This document shows, piece after piece, positions 13,202 to 25,887 of a DNA stretch of 64,000 bases; the first letter of the stretch is position 1; every line of letters begins with the position of its first letter. Origin of the DNA: Octopus sinensis (Eukaryota); assembly GCF_006345805.1 (NCBI RefSeq), contig NW_021833263.1, positions 1 through 64,000 on the forward strand. The letters are read 5' to 3'. The notes under the pieces are model-generated. The model saw nothing but the letters and a program-made list of their open reading frames with translations, searched no databases and had not been told where the DNA came from. A program made the translations under genes and the position numbers.

Positions 13202-13273
13202 AAACGATTTCTGTTCAATCTTCGTTCAGCTCCATTTCTTCAATTCACCAATTATATATATATATATTATAGA

Positions 13274-13349
<76 letters not shown>

Positions 13350-13443
13350 CATATACATATACATATACATATATATATGTGTTTATATATATATATATAT
13401 ATATAGATATATATATATATATATATTTATACATATGTGTATA

Positions 13444-13650
13444 TGTGACCACGTGTGTACCGTGGCGATTTTTTTCCTCCGTCTTACCTTCTTTGGATCT
13501 TTCCTTTTCCTATGTTTCTGACGAAGAGCTCCGCTCGAAACGTTGAACCCTCCTTCTTTCCTTCTTTCCTGAGCGTCCAATAATACTATACTTGCTCCAC
13601 GTCCTCGCGTTGTTGTGTTTTCTCTTTGTGTTCTCATGTTTGGATTAACT
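13444..13650 (+). mobile_element. ~205-bp (TA)n-inserted element family B, copy 1, with minimal HHR 13514-13548
   Basis: GTTT-CTGACGA-A-GAGC-TCC-GCTC-GAAA-CGT-T-GAAC. Termini are TGTGACC... and ...GGATTAACT, with TA-rich flanks. Five copies occur in the window. Confidence 0.8.
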
Positions 13651-13904
13651 ATATATATATATATATACATATATATAAACACAAACGTAAACACACATGT
13701 ACAAATTTGTGTATAAATATGCTTATAAGCGTACCAATATGTTGCGTACACATACACATGTTTGTGTCTGTTTGTCTGTATGCATTGACCAAAATTTCAT
13801 CCGACATTGAAAGTATGCGTGGGCGTATGTGAGTCAGTGCACGTACTATGTACTTCAAAATTAGCCTATGTTAATGCGAGGTAGTATTCAAAATATTATG
13901 CATG

Positions 13905-13979
<75 letters not shown>

Positions 13980-14534
13980 GTGTGTGTATGTATGTATACA
14001 TATACATATGTGTGCGTGTCTGTTTGTGTGTGCATGTCGGTGTGTGTGTGTGTGTGTGTGTCTATGTTGATGTGCATATCTGTGTGTATGTGCAGGCGTG
14101 TTTTCGTACGCATGTAGTATACACATACGTGGTCCTGAGTGCACGTTCAGTCCGCATGCGTAGGTTTTTGTAGTGCATTATTGATCGAGAGTATGTTGTG
14201 TGATTACTGAGTCTAATGACCGCCATTATAGCCACGTCTACACGGTTCAAGACGTAGTAATGACTCTTTTATCGATTGTCGTCTCTATATCTGGTCACTA
14301 AAGAACCTACAGGTATATATATTGAGTAGAGATTATATGTGGACATCTATACAACTACACATCCTAGTAAATACAAAAACCTCTCCTTTTCATAGCAGGC
14401 ACACAAAGACATATTGGTGCACACACATATACACACAAGGATAACTGACACACACACGTATACACGAAAACTGCTACACATATGCTATAGATATATATAT
14501 ACATATATATATATTGAGATGGCTAGTATTCCTT

Positions 14535-14601
<67 letters not shown>

Positions 14602-14613
14602 AGGAATACATAA

Positions 14614-14731
14614 GGAGGGTTTAACGTTTCGAGCGAAGCTCTTCGTCGGAAACAAAGGAGAAGGAAAGATCCCGAGAAGGGAAGACAGAGGAAAAAAAAT
14701 TGCTGGCGGTGCTCACGAGGTCACTTATACA
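14614..14731 (-). mobile_element. Family B copy 2 (partial, inverted relative to copy 3), HHR 14619-14653
   Basis: Reverse complement of 14997-15114 with one mismatch. Core is CCGACGA. Confidence 0.8.
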
Positions 14732-14743
14732 CTTATGCATATG

Positions 14744-14830
<87 letters not shown>

Positions 14831-14839
14831 GTATATGTG

Positions 14840-14883
<44 letters not shown>

Positions 14884-14885
14884 AC

Positions 14886-14991
<106 letters not shown>

Positions 14992-14996
14992 GTATA

Positions 14997-15208
14997 GTGT
15001 ATAAGTGACCTCGTGAGCACCGCCAGCAATTTTTTTTCCTCTGTCTTCCCTTCTCGGGATCTTTCCTTCTCCTTTGTTTCCGACGAAGAGCTCCGCTCGA
15101 AACGTTAAACCCTCCTTCCCTTCTTTCCTGAGCGTCCAATAATACTTTATTTGTTCCACGTCCTCGCGTTACTGTGTTTTTTTTTGTGTTTTCTTGTTTG
15201 GATTAACT
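14997..15208 (+). mobile_element. Family B copy 3, HHR 15076-15110
   Basis: GTTT-CCGACGA-A-GAGC-TCC-GCTC-GAAA-CGT-T-AAAC; ends GGATTAACT followed by (TA)n. Confidence 0.8.
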
Positions 15209-15903
15209 TTATATATATATATATATATTCGACAGAAAGGAGTGTGAGGGAAAAACGGAGAGAGAACGGGAAAAACAGGAGAGAGAAAAATGTGTAGGTA
15301 TTAGCGTTTCAACATGCGATCACCTCAGTAGTACTTCATGCAGGAACCTAAATAACATAGAGATCGAATAGTGGTGTAAAGATCATACACTTTAATTACA
15401 TACCTATGATTGCTTCAACCAATGAATACTAACTGTCTTTTGAGCAAAACACTTTATGAGTTCCAAAAATAGCTACGATGTTAAGCCTATAACAGACCAA
15501 CGTCCTATTCAGTGAAGCATGTTTTAATCTGTCATTTATACGCCATGAAATTTGACTTTATGACATAAACCTAAGTAACTCATTAACACATATTCTGACG
15601 AAGGGTTTCATTGGTTAGTGTAATCAGAACATGACTGGCACTCAATCGCATCGATCTCAGAAACGACTCTGATAGATTTTTAAGACATAACATGAAGGAA
15701 TGTTACTAAATATAATCATCAAAGTGTCTTTAGCAAAGTATAAAATTAAGCTTGGTTCTTTTTTGGCGAACTGCGAGACAAATCAACACCGGTTGTCAAG
15801 CGGTGCTGGGGGATGGTCAAAAAGAGAAACTGACACACATGTATGTATGTATGTATGTATGTATGTATGTATGTATGTATGTATGTATGTATGTATGTAT
15901 ATA

Positions 15904-16680
15904 CAGGGGTTGGTCAAAATAATGGAAACACCTTCAAATTGCAAATTTATTAACAAATTTATTTTAATATCGGGTAGGACCGCGTTTAACAGTAATTGCA
16001 GCTTGAATTCTACGAGGTATGGACTCGTACAAAGTTTGAATTGTTTCCAAAGGAATTTTCTTCCATGCTTCAGCTAAAACAGTCTCCTGTTCTTGTAGGG
16101 ATTATGCTGAAGGATATCGACTCCTTACTTGTTTATATAAAATGTACCATAAATGTTCGATAATATCAAGATCTGGGGACCGTGGTCGCCAGATAGGATG
16201 TTCAACTTCACTAGAATGTCCCTCGTGCCATTCAGTAACAACTTCAGCTGTGTGAATTGGTGCATTATCATGAATGATTGCGTTTCCCTCCGGAAACAGT
16301 TCTGCAACCATAGGATGAATTTAACAGTTGGAAGAAGGCAGTCTGGGTCAAATGCTTCTTTTGGCTGTCCCCACACATATACTCGGCCGGTGGTTGGAAA
16401 TAAGGTAAAGGATGACTCGCCCGAGAAAATAACATTCTTCCACTGCTCTAGGGACCAATTCTGTAGGTTTTTGCCCCGCTCTAATCGTTTTGAAACGTTT
16501 GTTTTTGAAAGTAGTGGTTTTCTGATTGCAGCCTTTCCGTGAAATCTGGCTTTGTGCAGCTCCCGGCGAACAGTTTTCGTGGAAACTTGGTTCTCGAGGT
16601 GGTCATTAAGCACAGCAGTAATTTAGGGAGCTCTACTTTTGTGATCCTTTCTAACAATTTGTGTAATGATCTATTGCGAT
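15904..16680 (-). mobile_element. Tc1-like transposon remnant (DD36E spacing), one TIR at 15904-15932
   Basis: TA + CAGGGGTTGGTCAAAATAATGGAAACACC. Transposase pieces read VSTKTVRRELHK..RKPLLS..QWKNVIFSGES (first D changed to G), DNAPIH..SPDLDIIEHLW and EAWKKIP..LYESIPRRIQA..RGPTRY*, with an internal deletion, a frameshift and stops. Confidence 0.88.
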
Positions 16681-16907
16681 TTTCGACGTATATGAATATT
16701 TAGTGGCTCTTATTGACCATTTCTTAGAAGTATTGCTATCTAAATCCGTCTATTCTACTACTAAACGAACAAGAACAAAGTACAGAGTAAAATATCCTTC
16801 TCTGAAACATAAATGAATTGTCGGCATTAGATTTGAAATTAAAAGCTCGTACTTTACTGCTGATGTTTTATCGTTTCACTGATTTAGCTTCGACTTCATA
16901 GAGCTTT

Positions 16908-17160
16908 CAGTAACGATTCTCAAGCATTTTTTTATCTATGGACCTCTTTGATTTCTATCTTACTCAGATGGACCCTCTTAGCCATTCAATGTTTAAAAAA
17001 TCCCTACTATATTTTTTATAATCAAATGTTATTAGAAATTGTATAAAATAATCATTAAAATATTTTCTGTTTTGTAGAAGTATAAAAAATTGATAAATTT
17101 TAACAACAAAATCTAATAGGGAACCCCAGGGGCCGTATAGACCCCATTTCGGAACCACTG
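16908..17160. mobile_element. Probable hAT-type MITE
   Basis: The right end reads CAGTGGTTCCGAAATGGGGTC on the minus strand, resembling hAT/Charlie termini. The left end CAGTAACGATTCTCAAGCATTTTT is a degenerate match. The interior is AT-rich and non-coding. Confidence 0.4.
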
Positions 17161-18786
17161 ACTTTAATTTTCATGAAACTTAAATCTTTCGTCAACAGTT
17201 CTCTATCCGTTCATTGTTCTTTGTTTATAAATTATCCCATATTCATGTTGAAATCCAGTTCCAGATATACACTCAACACTCTTTTTCACCTTTCAAGTCA
17301 GATTAATTATGTACCAATAATACCCAAGGGTCGCTTCACTGGAATATAAACTTTCCTTAACGCATTCCAACGTCTTATACTTCAAAGGCAGCTAAAAAAG
17401 AAAAATGTTCTCCATATACACTTAAACTTTTGACCACCCTATATTCCAATTTCAAACTTTGTTGGGGTGCCAACAACATGCTGCCCTCCAAGACAAGCAA
17501 AATCTACATGAGAATTCAGTCAAAATTGATCTCCTAAATATATCATCGCTGTCTTTGAACACAGTTGAGTTAAATGCATTGCTAAACACATCTGTGACTC
17601 AGTTTTTCAGTTTTTTTTTTCGTTGCTTCATTTGTGTTACTTCGCCTTAACTAATTTTATCTTCTGTTATGCTAATTATCAAATCCAAGATTATTCGTAA
17701 CTGTTTTCCGGTAACAACTGATCTGGTTGGTTTAAATAGTCCGTACTATACTGATGAGGCCTAATGGAACAAAACGTGTCTACACTTGTTCCCCTTGTCT
17801 GCAAATATAAGATTTTTTTTCTTTTAAATATAAGGAGTTGATACGTAATTTCTTGAAATAGTTTTCATTTTCTAAAACTCACTAAGAATTGCTGCCAGAA
17901 AAATTTTAATTCATTTCCCTTTGATTTAATTATCTCACTTCATGCCATTGATCTATTTGAGTAATTTCCTTTACCTTATTGTGGCGTTAATATTTTAATG
18001 ATAGACATAAACATTATAAAAGTTTACTTATCCGCATCCTTAAAATGACTAAGGTGTGCAGAGTATGATAAAAAGCCTCAGACATTTTATAGGTTGTCAA
18101 ACATTTCGACGAGAAAGACCCAATGTGAACCAGTTTAAACCATAATGGTAACTAGTGCTGTGGGAATGGTAAAACATTAGCTCTACGAAGACACCAGTGA
18201 TACCAGCCTAACATCATTAGCACCACACAAATGGCTGTGTAAAATACGAAAGGTTCTTCTTTTTATTACATCCTGTGTTTCGATTCTTTATCTCAAGGAA
18301 AGTCATGATTGTCACACGGAAATTATGGAATCCAAATTTATGCAAGGATTATGTAGGAAGAAGGGCAAATATTTTCAAGATGGTGTGATGATCTTATGTC
18401 ACCACAAAACATTTTATTGTGCAGCAGTGGTCAGGAAGATAAAAGCAATAAACGAAATTGCTTTCTGATAAGCATAGCATTGTTAGATGGGGGTGGTAAA
18501 CCCACCATCAAGAGATATTGAAAGGAGCTCTGATATAACTGTGAAATTCATTACCACCACCATCACCACCACCTCCACTACTACTATGATGACGATGATG
18601 ACGATCATGATGATAATGACCACGATGACGGAGACAGGATTAAATTGATAGTAATGTAGAAAACGATGGTAACACTGATGATAACGATGACAGTGGGGAT
18701 TTCCATGTTGTTTTTTTATTGTACAACCCAAGGTAAGCTCTGAACAGACAAACCTATACAACATTGGTAGTTAGTGAAGCAGAGAT

Positions 18787-19476
18787 GGGATCTTTGCTGT
18801 TTGGTTGCCAGCGGCTCCAAAAATTAAAGTTTACCGAAATCTTTTTTAATTTAGCACAATAATGCACTTGCCCAAACTGAATCGTTGGAGATATTTCATT
18901 TTTTACAGAAAAATGTTTTTAAAAAATTATGGAGATTTAAAGATTGATCGTTTTTACCCAATCAGGAAACAGAATTTGGAAGCTGTCATTTTGTGCGTGA
19001 CTGCACATTTTGTCGTCAACATACTGAAAATAGCACATGTTGTCAATATTTGTAAACAACACATGTTATGTTTCCGGTAATTTTATTTCATGTAAAGAAA
19101 TCTTATTTAGCTATTATTTTTAGCACACCTCACAAGCACCCCAATGCTCAATGACAAAAAGAAACGAGTAAACAAAATTGCTGTCAATAGGTGCTTCCTC
19201 GAAAACTTTTCAAAGACTGTTACTATGGCATCAGGCAAAAGAGTTCTCATGTTACTATCGAAACGGACATGAATGTGTCTGTGGCTTACGATTGGCTAAA
19301 ATTACGAAAATTTTCAAACTTTAATTATTAATAACTATTTATTTATTGATTTATAGCGAAAATTACTTTCACGTCATTAATTCGCCTCTAAATTTGTATC
19401 ATTACGCTGAATATGAAATCAATTCGAACAGAAAATTGTCGCTGGCAGCCGCTGGCAACCAAACAGAAAAGATCCC
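18787..19476. mobile_element. MITE-like element with 30-bp terminal inverted repeats
   Basis: GGGATCTTTGCTGTTTGGTTGCCAGCGGCT (18787-18816) versus the reverse complement of 19447-19476 match at 29/30 positions; no ORF inside. Confidence 0.7.
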
Positions 19477-20211
19477 AGAGGTGTGCCATCCACAAATAGT
19501 CTTAGAGACCTCCTATACGACCGTTCGTTAAAACACCCCCGCAGTCTCCACCAGCCTCGAGTGGTTTATAGTTTTGGTAGCACAAACATGTAACACCAAC
19601 TGTTCAGTCTCTGGCAATATACCACGTGATTCTGAGATAGAGAAAAGTGACTCTATTAGGGAGTGACAATTAATTTTCTTTAACATTGTTATTGGTTGTG
19701 GCATCTCAGCACAGTATTTAGTGAAAACGAAGTTGGTTATTATTGCTGCTACTGCTGCTGCTGTTTTTCTGTATAGGCGTTTCTGCTTGGTTTTTCGGAA
19801 GCCCTTTGTGTCTGTGTTTCTAATACATCACTTCCTGTTTATTAAATAAATATTGTCCCTTGAACACTATGCTACTCACAACTTCAAAGTAATAAAACAC
19901 TTGTTAATTATACAGTTTCTACCGCCTCGGGGAAAAGCGATAGTTATCTTTAGAGCTGACCATGTATTCTATGTGAGTCTTATTCTATATCATATGGAAG
20001 CGTGTATTTTGTCTGATGCATTCTATGTGTCTTGTGTATTCTATATTGCTGTATATTCGAAGTAATTTGTATATTCTATGTGGATGCATATACTATATAT
20101 GTTCTTTATTCTTTGTAGCTGAGTATATTCTATGTGACTTTATATTTTATGGAGCTTTGCATCTGTATCATATCTATAAAAGGCATGATGTGTGTGAGTG
20201 TATGTGTGTGT

Positions 20212-20261
<50 letters not shown>

Positions 20262-20799
20262 ATTGCAATTTATGCACATCCACAAATTAGCACGCATGTC
20301 GCTCAAAGTTTAGGAGGACATTCGTCAACATCCTATCTGGGTATTGTCAACTTATTTTTTCCCCGAGGCACCCGCGGATAGCGTAAAAATCTATTTTCAG
20401 TTATAGCTTTTACCCATAAAATATATCAGCCATATCTCTTTTGAAGGCTTCTAACAAAAAAATAAGATAAAGAAAAGTGGAAGAAGGAGGCAGAGAGTTT
20501 CACGGGAAAGACAAAGTGAGAGAGGGAGAGAGAGAGAGAGAGAGAGTGACGACATTCATAAAAAATAAAATGTAAAATGTTTTGTTTTTTCTTAAACACG
20601 AGATATAGCGTTCAAATTCAGGATGATTTTGAAAGACACTATATTTTATAATCATAGTATATATACTTTCTCACACAACAATTATAATATATTTATTTTA
20701 AATCATTTATTTATTTTAAATCGTCCATCTTTCTCCCCCACCTCTCTCTCTCTCACACACACATTACTTTGGGTGTGAAAAAGTTTTGTTTTTATTTTA

Positions 20800-21438
20800 C
20801 GCCGTTTCGGGTAGATCGAGCTGGTTTCCTTGAACGTTTCCCAATCCAGGATGAGTGTTGGCTTCATCACTTTGAGCCAGAGACAAAGAGACAATCCATG
20901 GAGTGGAAACACTCCCTCTTCAACTGCTCCAAAGAAGGTCAAAGTCATGCAGGGAACATGACGGCTTCATCTTTTGAGGCTGCAAAAGGCATTATGTTTA
21001 TTGGGGCTGCAAAAGACATTGTGCTTATCAATGGACACCGCTATGCCTACTTGCTGAAACAGTTACAAGAGGCTATTAAGATCAGGAAAACTGACGAAAG
21101 AGATCTTGCTTCATCAGGACAATACTCCAGCACGTAAGTCCTTGGTTTCGAAGCCTGTTGTGCATGACTGTGGCTATGAACTGGTTGATTACCCTCTATA
21201 TCCTCCTAATTTGTCCTTATTCCTCAACATGAAAAAGCATTTGGGAACGAGTATCGCAGTGATGATGACGTCATATCGGTTATTTACGACTCTTTTGGTC
21301 AAGAGGATGAAAGCTTCTTTACCAATGGGATACAAGCACAGCAACACTGATGGGATAAGCGTATGGACTGCATGGGGCCTTTCCTCACATTCCTTAAGAG
21401 TATCTTGGTCAGCCTATCAACGTTTCAGCCAAATCTCG
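20800..21438 (+). mobile_element. Mariner transposase remnant with right TIR
   Basis: QDECWLHHFEPETKRQSMEWKH, AGNMTAS, INGHRYAYLLKQL, HQDNTP.RKS..DCGYELVDYPLYPPNL(deletion)LFLNMKKHL. The end AACGTTTCAGCCAAATCTCG+TA resembles a mariner TIR. The third Asp region is deleted. Confidence 0.85.
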
Positions 21439-21598
21439 TATGTCTGCTGCTTTGATTGTCAATCAAACACGTTGATACCATTTGATTAACAGATCAGGGC
21501 CTGTTGAAATATTCTAGCGAGCGGTTCTTTCTTCTCGCCATATTGTCATCTGCATGCCTTGCTAGACACAAATCATTAATTAATAACACAAACTTAGT

Positions 21599-21782
21599 AA
21601 GGCGGCGAGCAGTTAGAATTGTTATTGTGCCGGGCAAAATGCTTAGCGGTATTGCGTCCGTCTTTACGTTCTGAGTTCAAATACTACCGAAATCGACTTT
21701 GCTTTTTCATCCTTTCGGGGTCGATATAACTGATTTAACTCCTTTTCCCGGACTTGCTGGCCTTGTCTCAAAATTTAAAATC
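21599..21782 (+). mobile_element. SINE family 1 copy
   Basis: GGCGGCGAGC..AGAAT..GCCGGGCAAAATGCTTAGCGG..GAGTTCAAAT..CATCCTTTCGGGGTCGAT. Confidence 0.75.
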
Positions 21783-21886
21783 AATTACACTATGTTAATG
21801 CTTCTACTATCCCAGCAATGATACACACTACTATCTCTTACTCTTTCTCTTTCTTTCTATCTCTCTCTACTCTGCCTCTCTATCTT

Positions 21887-21990
<104 letters not shown>

Positions 21991-22519
21991 ACATATTTTA
22001 GGTAGAAAGGAAAGTTATTTTTAGCTGGATTTTGGATATTTTCCTTCCATTCCTAGTAACATCCATCCCTACTTTACAACAGGACTAATTATGTCAGTAT
22101 ATTACTTTAGTTGTAGCAGAATATTATTGTTTTGTTCTTCTCTACTCGCAGTTCTGATCGTTGCCGTTATTTTTGCACCAGTTGTTGCAATTGTCGTTGT
22201 TATTATCGTTATTGTTGTTGTACTTATTGTTGCTGTCGTTATTGTTGTTCAGCACACTCACACACATACACATAGACACACACACACATACACACTTTCT
22301 TAGTCGATCCTGATCGATCAAACTTATGATCAAAAGTATCAGTCAACCAGTCCTGACCATCCAGCCTCTACTCTAGACATAATGTACCTTGGATAATACT
22401 ATCTAATGTGTCCTTTTCTTCGCAAACATATTGCTATCCAGGATGTGTTTCTTCTTGTTGTTGCTGTGGCTTATTTGCTTGTTTATCGCCATTATTTTTT
22501 CCCTTGCAATAAGCGTTGT

Positions 22520-23262
22520 TCGTTGTGTCAATGTTTCTATTGGTGGTGGTGGTGATAGTCGTGGTGGTGGTAGTTGTGGTGGTGGCAGTATTGGTAAAGG
22601 TGGTAGCGGTAAAGGTCATGATAGTGGTAGTGGTTGTAGTAGATATCATTGTGTAAAATAATGTTGTAGTGGTGACGGCGGTGGTGGTATTGGTAGAAGC
22701 GCTAGTTGAGGTAGTGGTAGTGGTGGTAGAGGTCTTGGTAGTGGTGGTAGAAGTGTTGGTAGAAGTGATGGTTGTGGTGGTGGTGGTGGTGGTTGTGATG
22801 GTAGAGTTGGTAAAGGTGGTGGTGGTGGTGGTGGTGGTGGTGGTGGTGGTGGTGGGGTGGTGGTGATGGTGGTGATGGTGGTAGTGGTAGTGTTGGTAGA
22901 GGTGATGGTAGTGGTGGTGTGGTTGTGATGGCAGCGTTGGTGAAGGTGGTGGTGGTAGAAGTGTTTGTAGAGGTGATGGTAGTGGTGGTGGTGGTTGTGA
23001 TGGCAGCGTTGGTAAAGGTGGTGGTGGTGGTGGCGGTGGAGATTGAGGTGGTGGTAGAGGTGACCGACGCCAGCGGCATTGGTGGCAAAGGTGGTACTGG
23101 TGGTGGTGGTGATGGTGGTGGTACTGGTGGTGGTCATGGTTGTTGTACTGATGGTGCAGTGGTGGTGCTGGTGGTTGCATTCGTTTGCAGTGTTATTGGC
23201 GCCGCCGTTGTTGGTAGTATTGACGTATATTGTAAGAATTGTGTTTTCTGTAGGCATTTTTT

Positions 23263-23314
<52 letters not shown>

Positions 23315-23426
23315 GGTGGGGGGTTGTAGTGGTGGGGTGGGGGTGGTAGTAGTAGTAGTAGTAATAGTAGTAGTAGTAGTAGTAGTAGTAGTAATGGTGG
23401 TGGTGGTGGTGGTGGTGGTGGTAGTG

Positions 23427-23479
<53 letters not shown>

Positions 23480-23480
23480 C
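22520..23480. repeat. Degenerate (GGT)n/(GTA)n trinucleotide tract with internal longer repeats
   Basis: Runs of GGT/GTA/GAT with recurring blocks such as GTGATGGCAGCGTTGGT(G/A)AAGGTGGTGG. Confidence 0.8.
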
Positions 23481-23756
23481 CTGATGTATGTCGTTACAGT
23501 CGGAGTATTAATTTAGCTATATTTTCCTTCTTTTTATCGTTATTCTTCATGTTCTTTATGTTTTTTGTTTTTTACCTTTGTTCGCGTCCTTGTTTTTTCC
23601 CTTCTTCCTGTTTACTATTATTATTGCTATTGGTATTATCAATATTATTGGGGTTTTTTTTCGGCGCTCTCTCTAATCGTTTGTTTGTTCTTCTAATTGT
23701 TGGTCTTATTTTCGTTCTTCTTCTTATTATTACTATTATTATTATTATCATTATTA

Positions 23757-23821
<65 letters not shown>

Positions 23822-24164
23822 GTTGTTGTTGTTGTTGTTTTGTTATTATTATTATTATTATATTATTATTATTATTGCTATTGTTGTTGTTGTTGTTGTT
23901 GGTGGGGTGGTGGTGGTACTTTGTTCGATGTATTTTAGTATTTTTTTCGTTATTCTTGCTGTTGTTGATTGCAGTGCTGTTTTGTTGTGCATGTGATGGT
24001 TAGTGATGATGTTGGTGTTATTGATATTATAATTGTTGTTGTTGTTATTGTGGCGCTGATGATATTGGTGATGCTGTTGTTGGTGGTGGTGGTAGTGGTG
24101 GTGGTGTTAGTGGAGTGGTGTTACAGCTATTTTCTAGCCGTGTTCTGTAGTAGTAGTAGTAGTA

Positions 24165-24208
<44 letters not shown>

Positions 24209-24353
24209 TAGTGGTGGTGGTGGGGTGGTGGTGGTGGTGGGGTGGTGGTGGTGGTGTGGTGGTGGTGGTAGTAGTAGTAGTAATAGTAGTAGTAGTAGTA
24301 GTAGTAGTAATGGTGGTGGTGGTGGTGGTGGTGTGGTGGTGGTGGTAGTGGTG

Positions 24354-24409
<56 letters not shown>

Positions 24410-24704
24410 CCTGATGTATGTCGTTACAGTCGGAGTATTAATTTAGCTATATTTTCCTTCTTTTTATCGTTATTCTCATGTTCTTTATGTTTTTTTGTTT
24501 TTTACCTTTGTTCGCGTCCTTGTTTTTTCCCTTCTTCCTGTTTACTATTATTATTGCTATTGGTATTATCAATATTATTGGGGTTTTTTTTCGGCGCTCT
24601 CTCTAATCGTTTGTTTGTTCTTCTAATTGTTGGTCTTATTTTCGTTCTTCTTCTTATTATTACTATTATTATTATTATCATTATTATCATTATTATTATT
24701 ATTA

Positions 24705-24736
<32 letters not shown>

Positions 24737-24808
24737 TATTATTATTATTATTGTTGTTGTTGTGTTGTTGTTGTTATTTTATTATTATTATTATTATTAT
24801 TGCTATTG

Positions 24809-24840
<32 letters not shown>

Positions 24841-25072
24841 GGTACTTTGTTCGATGTATTTTAGTATTTTTTTCGTTATTCTTGCTGTTGTTGATTGCAG
24901 TGCTGTTTTGTTGTGCATGTGATGGTTAGTGATGATGTTGGTGTTATTGATATTATAATTGTTGTTGTTGTTATTGTGGCGCTGATGATATTGGTGATGC
25001 TGTTGTTGGTGGTGGTGGTAGTGGTGGTGGTGTTAGTGGAGTGGTGTTACAGCTATTTTCTAGCCGTGTTCT

Positions 25073-25150
<78 letters not shown>
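23260..25150. repeat. ~930-bp tandem duplication of mixed unique/microsatellite sequence
   Basis: The anchor CCTGATGTATGTCGTTACAGTCGG occurs at 23480 and 24410. Identical ORFs appear at 23572-23760 and 24502-24690. Confidence 0.85.
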
Positions 25151-25154
<4 letters not shown>

Positions 25155-25887
25155 CAGCAGCGGCAGCAGCTGCAGTGGTGGTGACGGAGGTTCTGGGTAT
25201 AGTTTATGATCATCATCATCATTATGGTAGGAGTGTCACTATTGTCGGTGTTTGCTACCAATAGATGTATTGGTGCTGGTGAAGATAGTGGTTATGTTGC
25301 TGATGCTGTTGGTCGTAGCAATAACACGGGAGTTGTTTTGAAGACTAAAGATATTGCTGCCAGTGTTTATGTTGTAGTTGTTATTGGTGTTTGTGCCGCT
25401 GCTGTTATTGTTGTTGTTGTTGTTGTTGCTATCTCACTCTGTGATCTTTTACTCTCTTCTCTTTCTATATCCGTTTGTTATTTATGTATTGCTATGTTTG
25501 TTGCTATTTATTGTTATTTTTGTTGCAGTTGTTTTATTACTGCTGTTGTTTATTGTAATATTTTAAATTGTTTTTCTTCGTCGTTTTTAGATTTTGTTCC
25601 AAAATTCATTTACTTGTGTTTGTTTAAGACATGCCTTCTTTTTTGTATTTTTTATACATTTTTGATTTTTGTCTTTTTATGCTTTTTTTGTTTTAAATTA
25701 TTTCATGGTTGATACTGTAGTTTTTATCGCACCAACACATTCAGAGCAATATAGCACCGTCACCTTGGCAACCACCCCATCTATCATTACCACTACCATC
25801 ATCAACAGCTACACCAGCAGAGTCATCATAGAAATTATCACCATAAAGACTACAGTCACTGGCTACATTATCATAGTCACCAAGAGC

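Larger units (their letters stand above)
10930..13250 (-). mobile_element. Penelope-like retroelement, 5'-truncated, with 3' pLTR+tail (11287-10930) and inverted pLTR copy (13048-13250), inserted in (TA)n
   Basis: Inverted repeats 11086-11287 and 13048-13250 differ by about 2 positions. The element contains a GIY-YIG ORF, a frameshifted thumb motif (HIWFVIP..KQIRTNL..NNFP..FNSHKVRIAFSNTKNLAQIIASHN at about 12850-12660) and an HHR in the pLTR. (TA)n lies on both flanks. Confidence 0.88.

Noticed and set aside
17411-17443. TATAGGGTGGTCAAAAAG-like sequence as the second TIR of the Tc1 remnant
   Set aside because: Only a partial match to the 15904 TIR and separated from it by unrelated MITE-like sequence; it could be the end of a different element.
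18060-18420. Possible mariner fragment (DEK motif)
   Set aside because: No continuous motif series could be reconstructed in any frame.
22434-23516. Mucin-like Thr/Pro/His-rich ORFs
   Set aside because: Overlapping ORFs on both strands and all frames are what degenerate GGT/ACC triplet repeats produce; no signal peptide or splice support.
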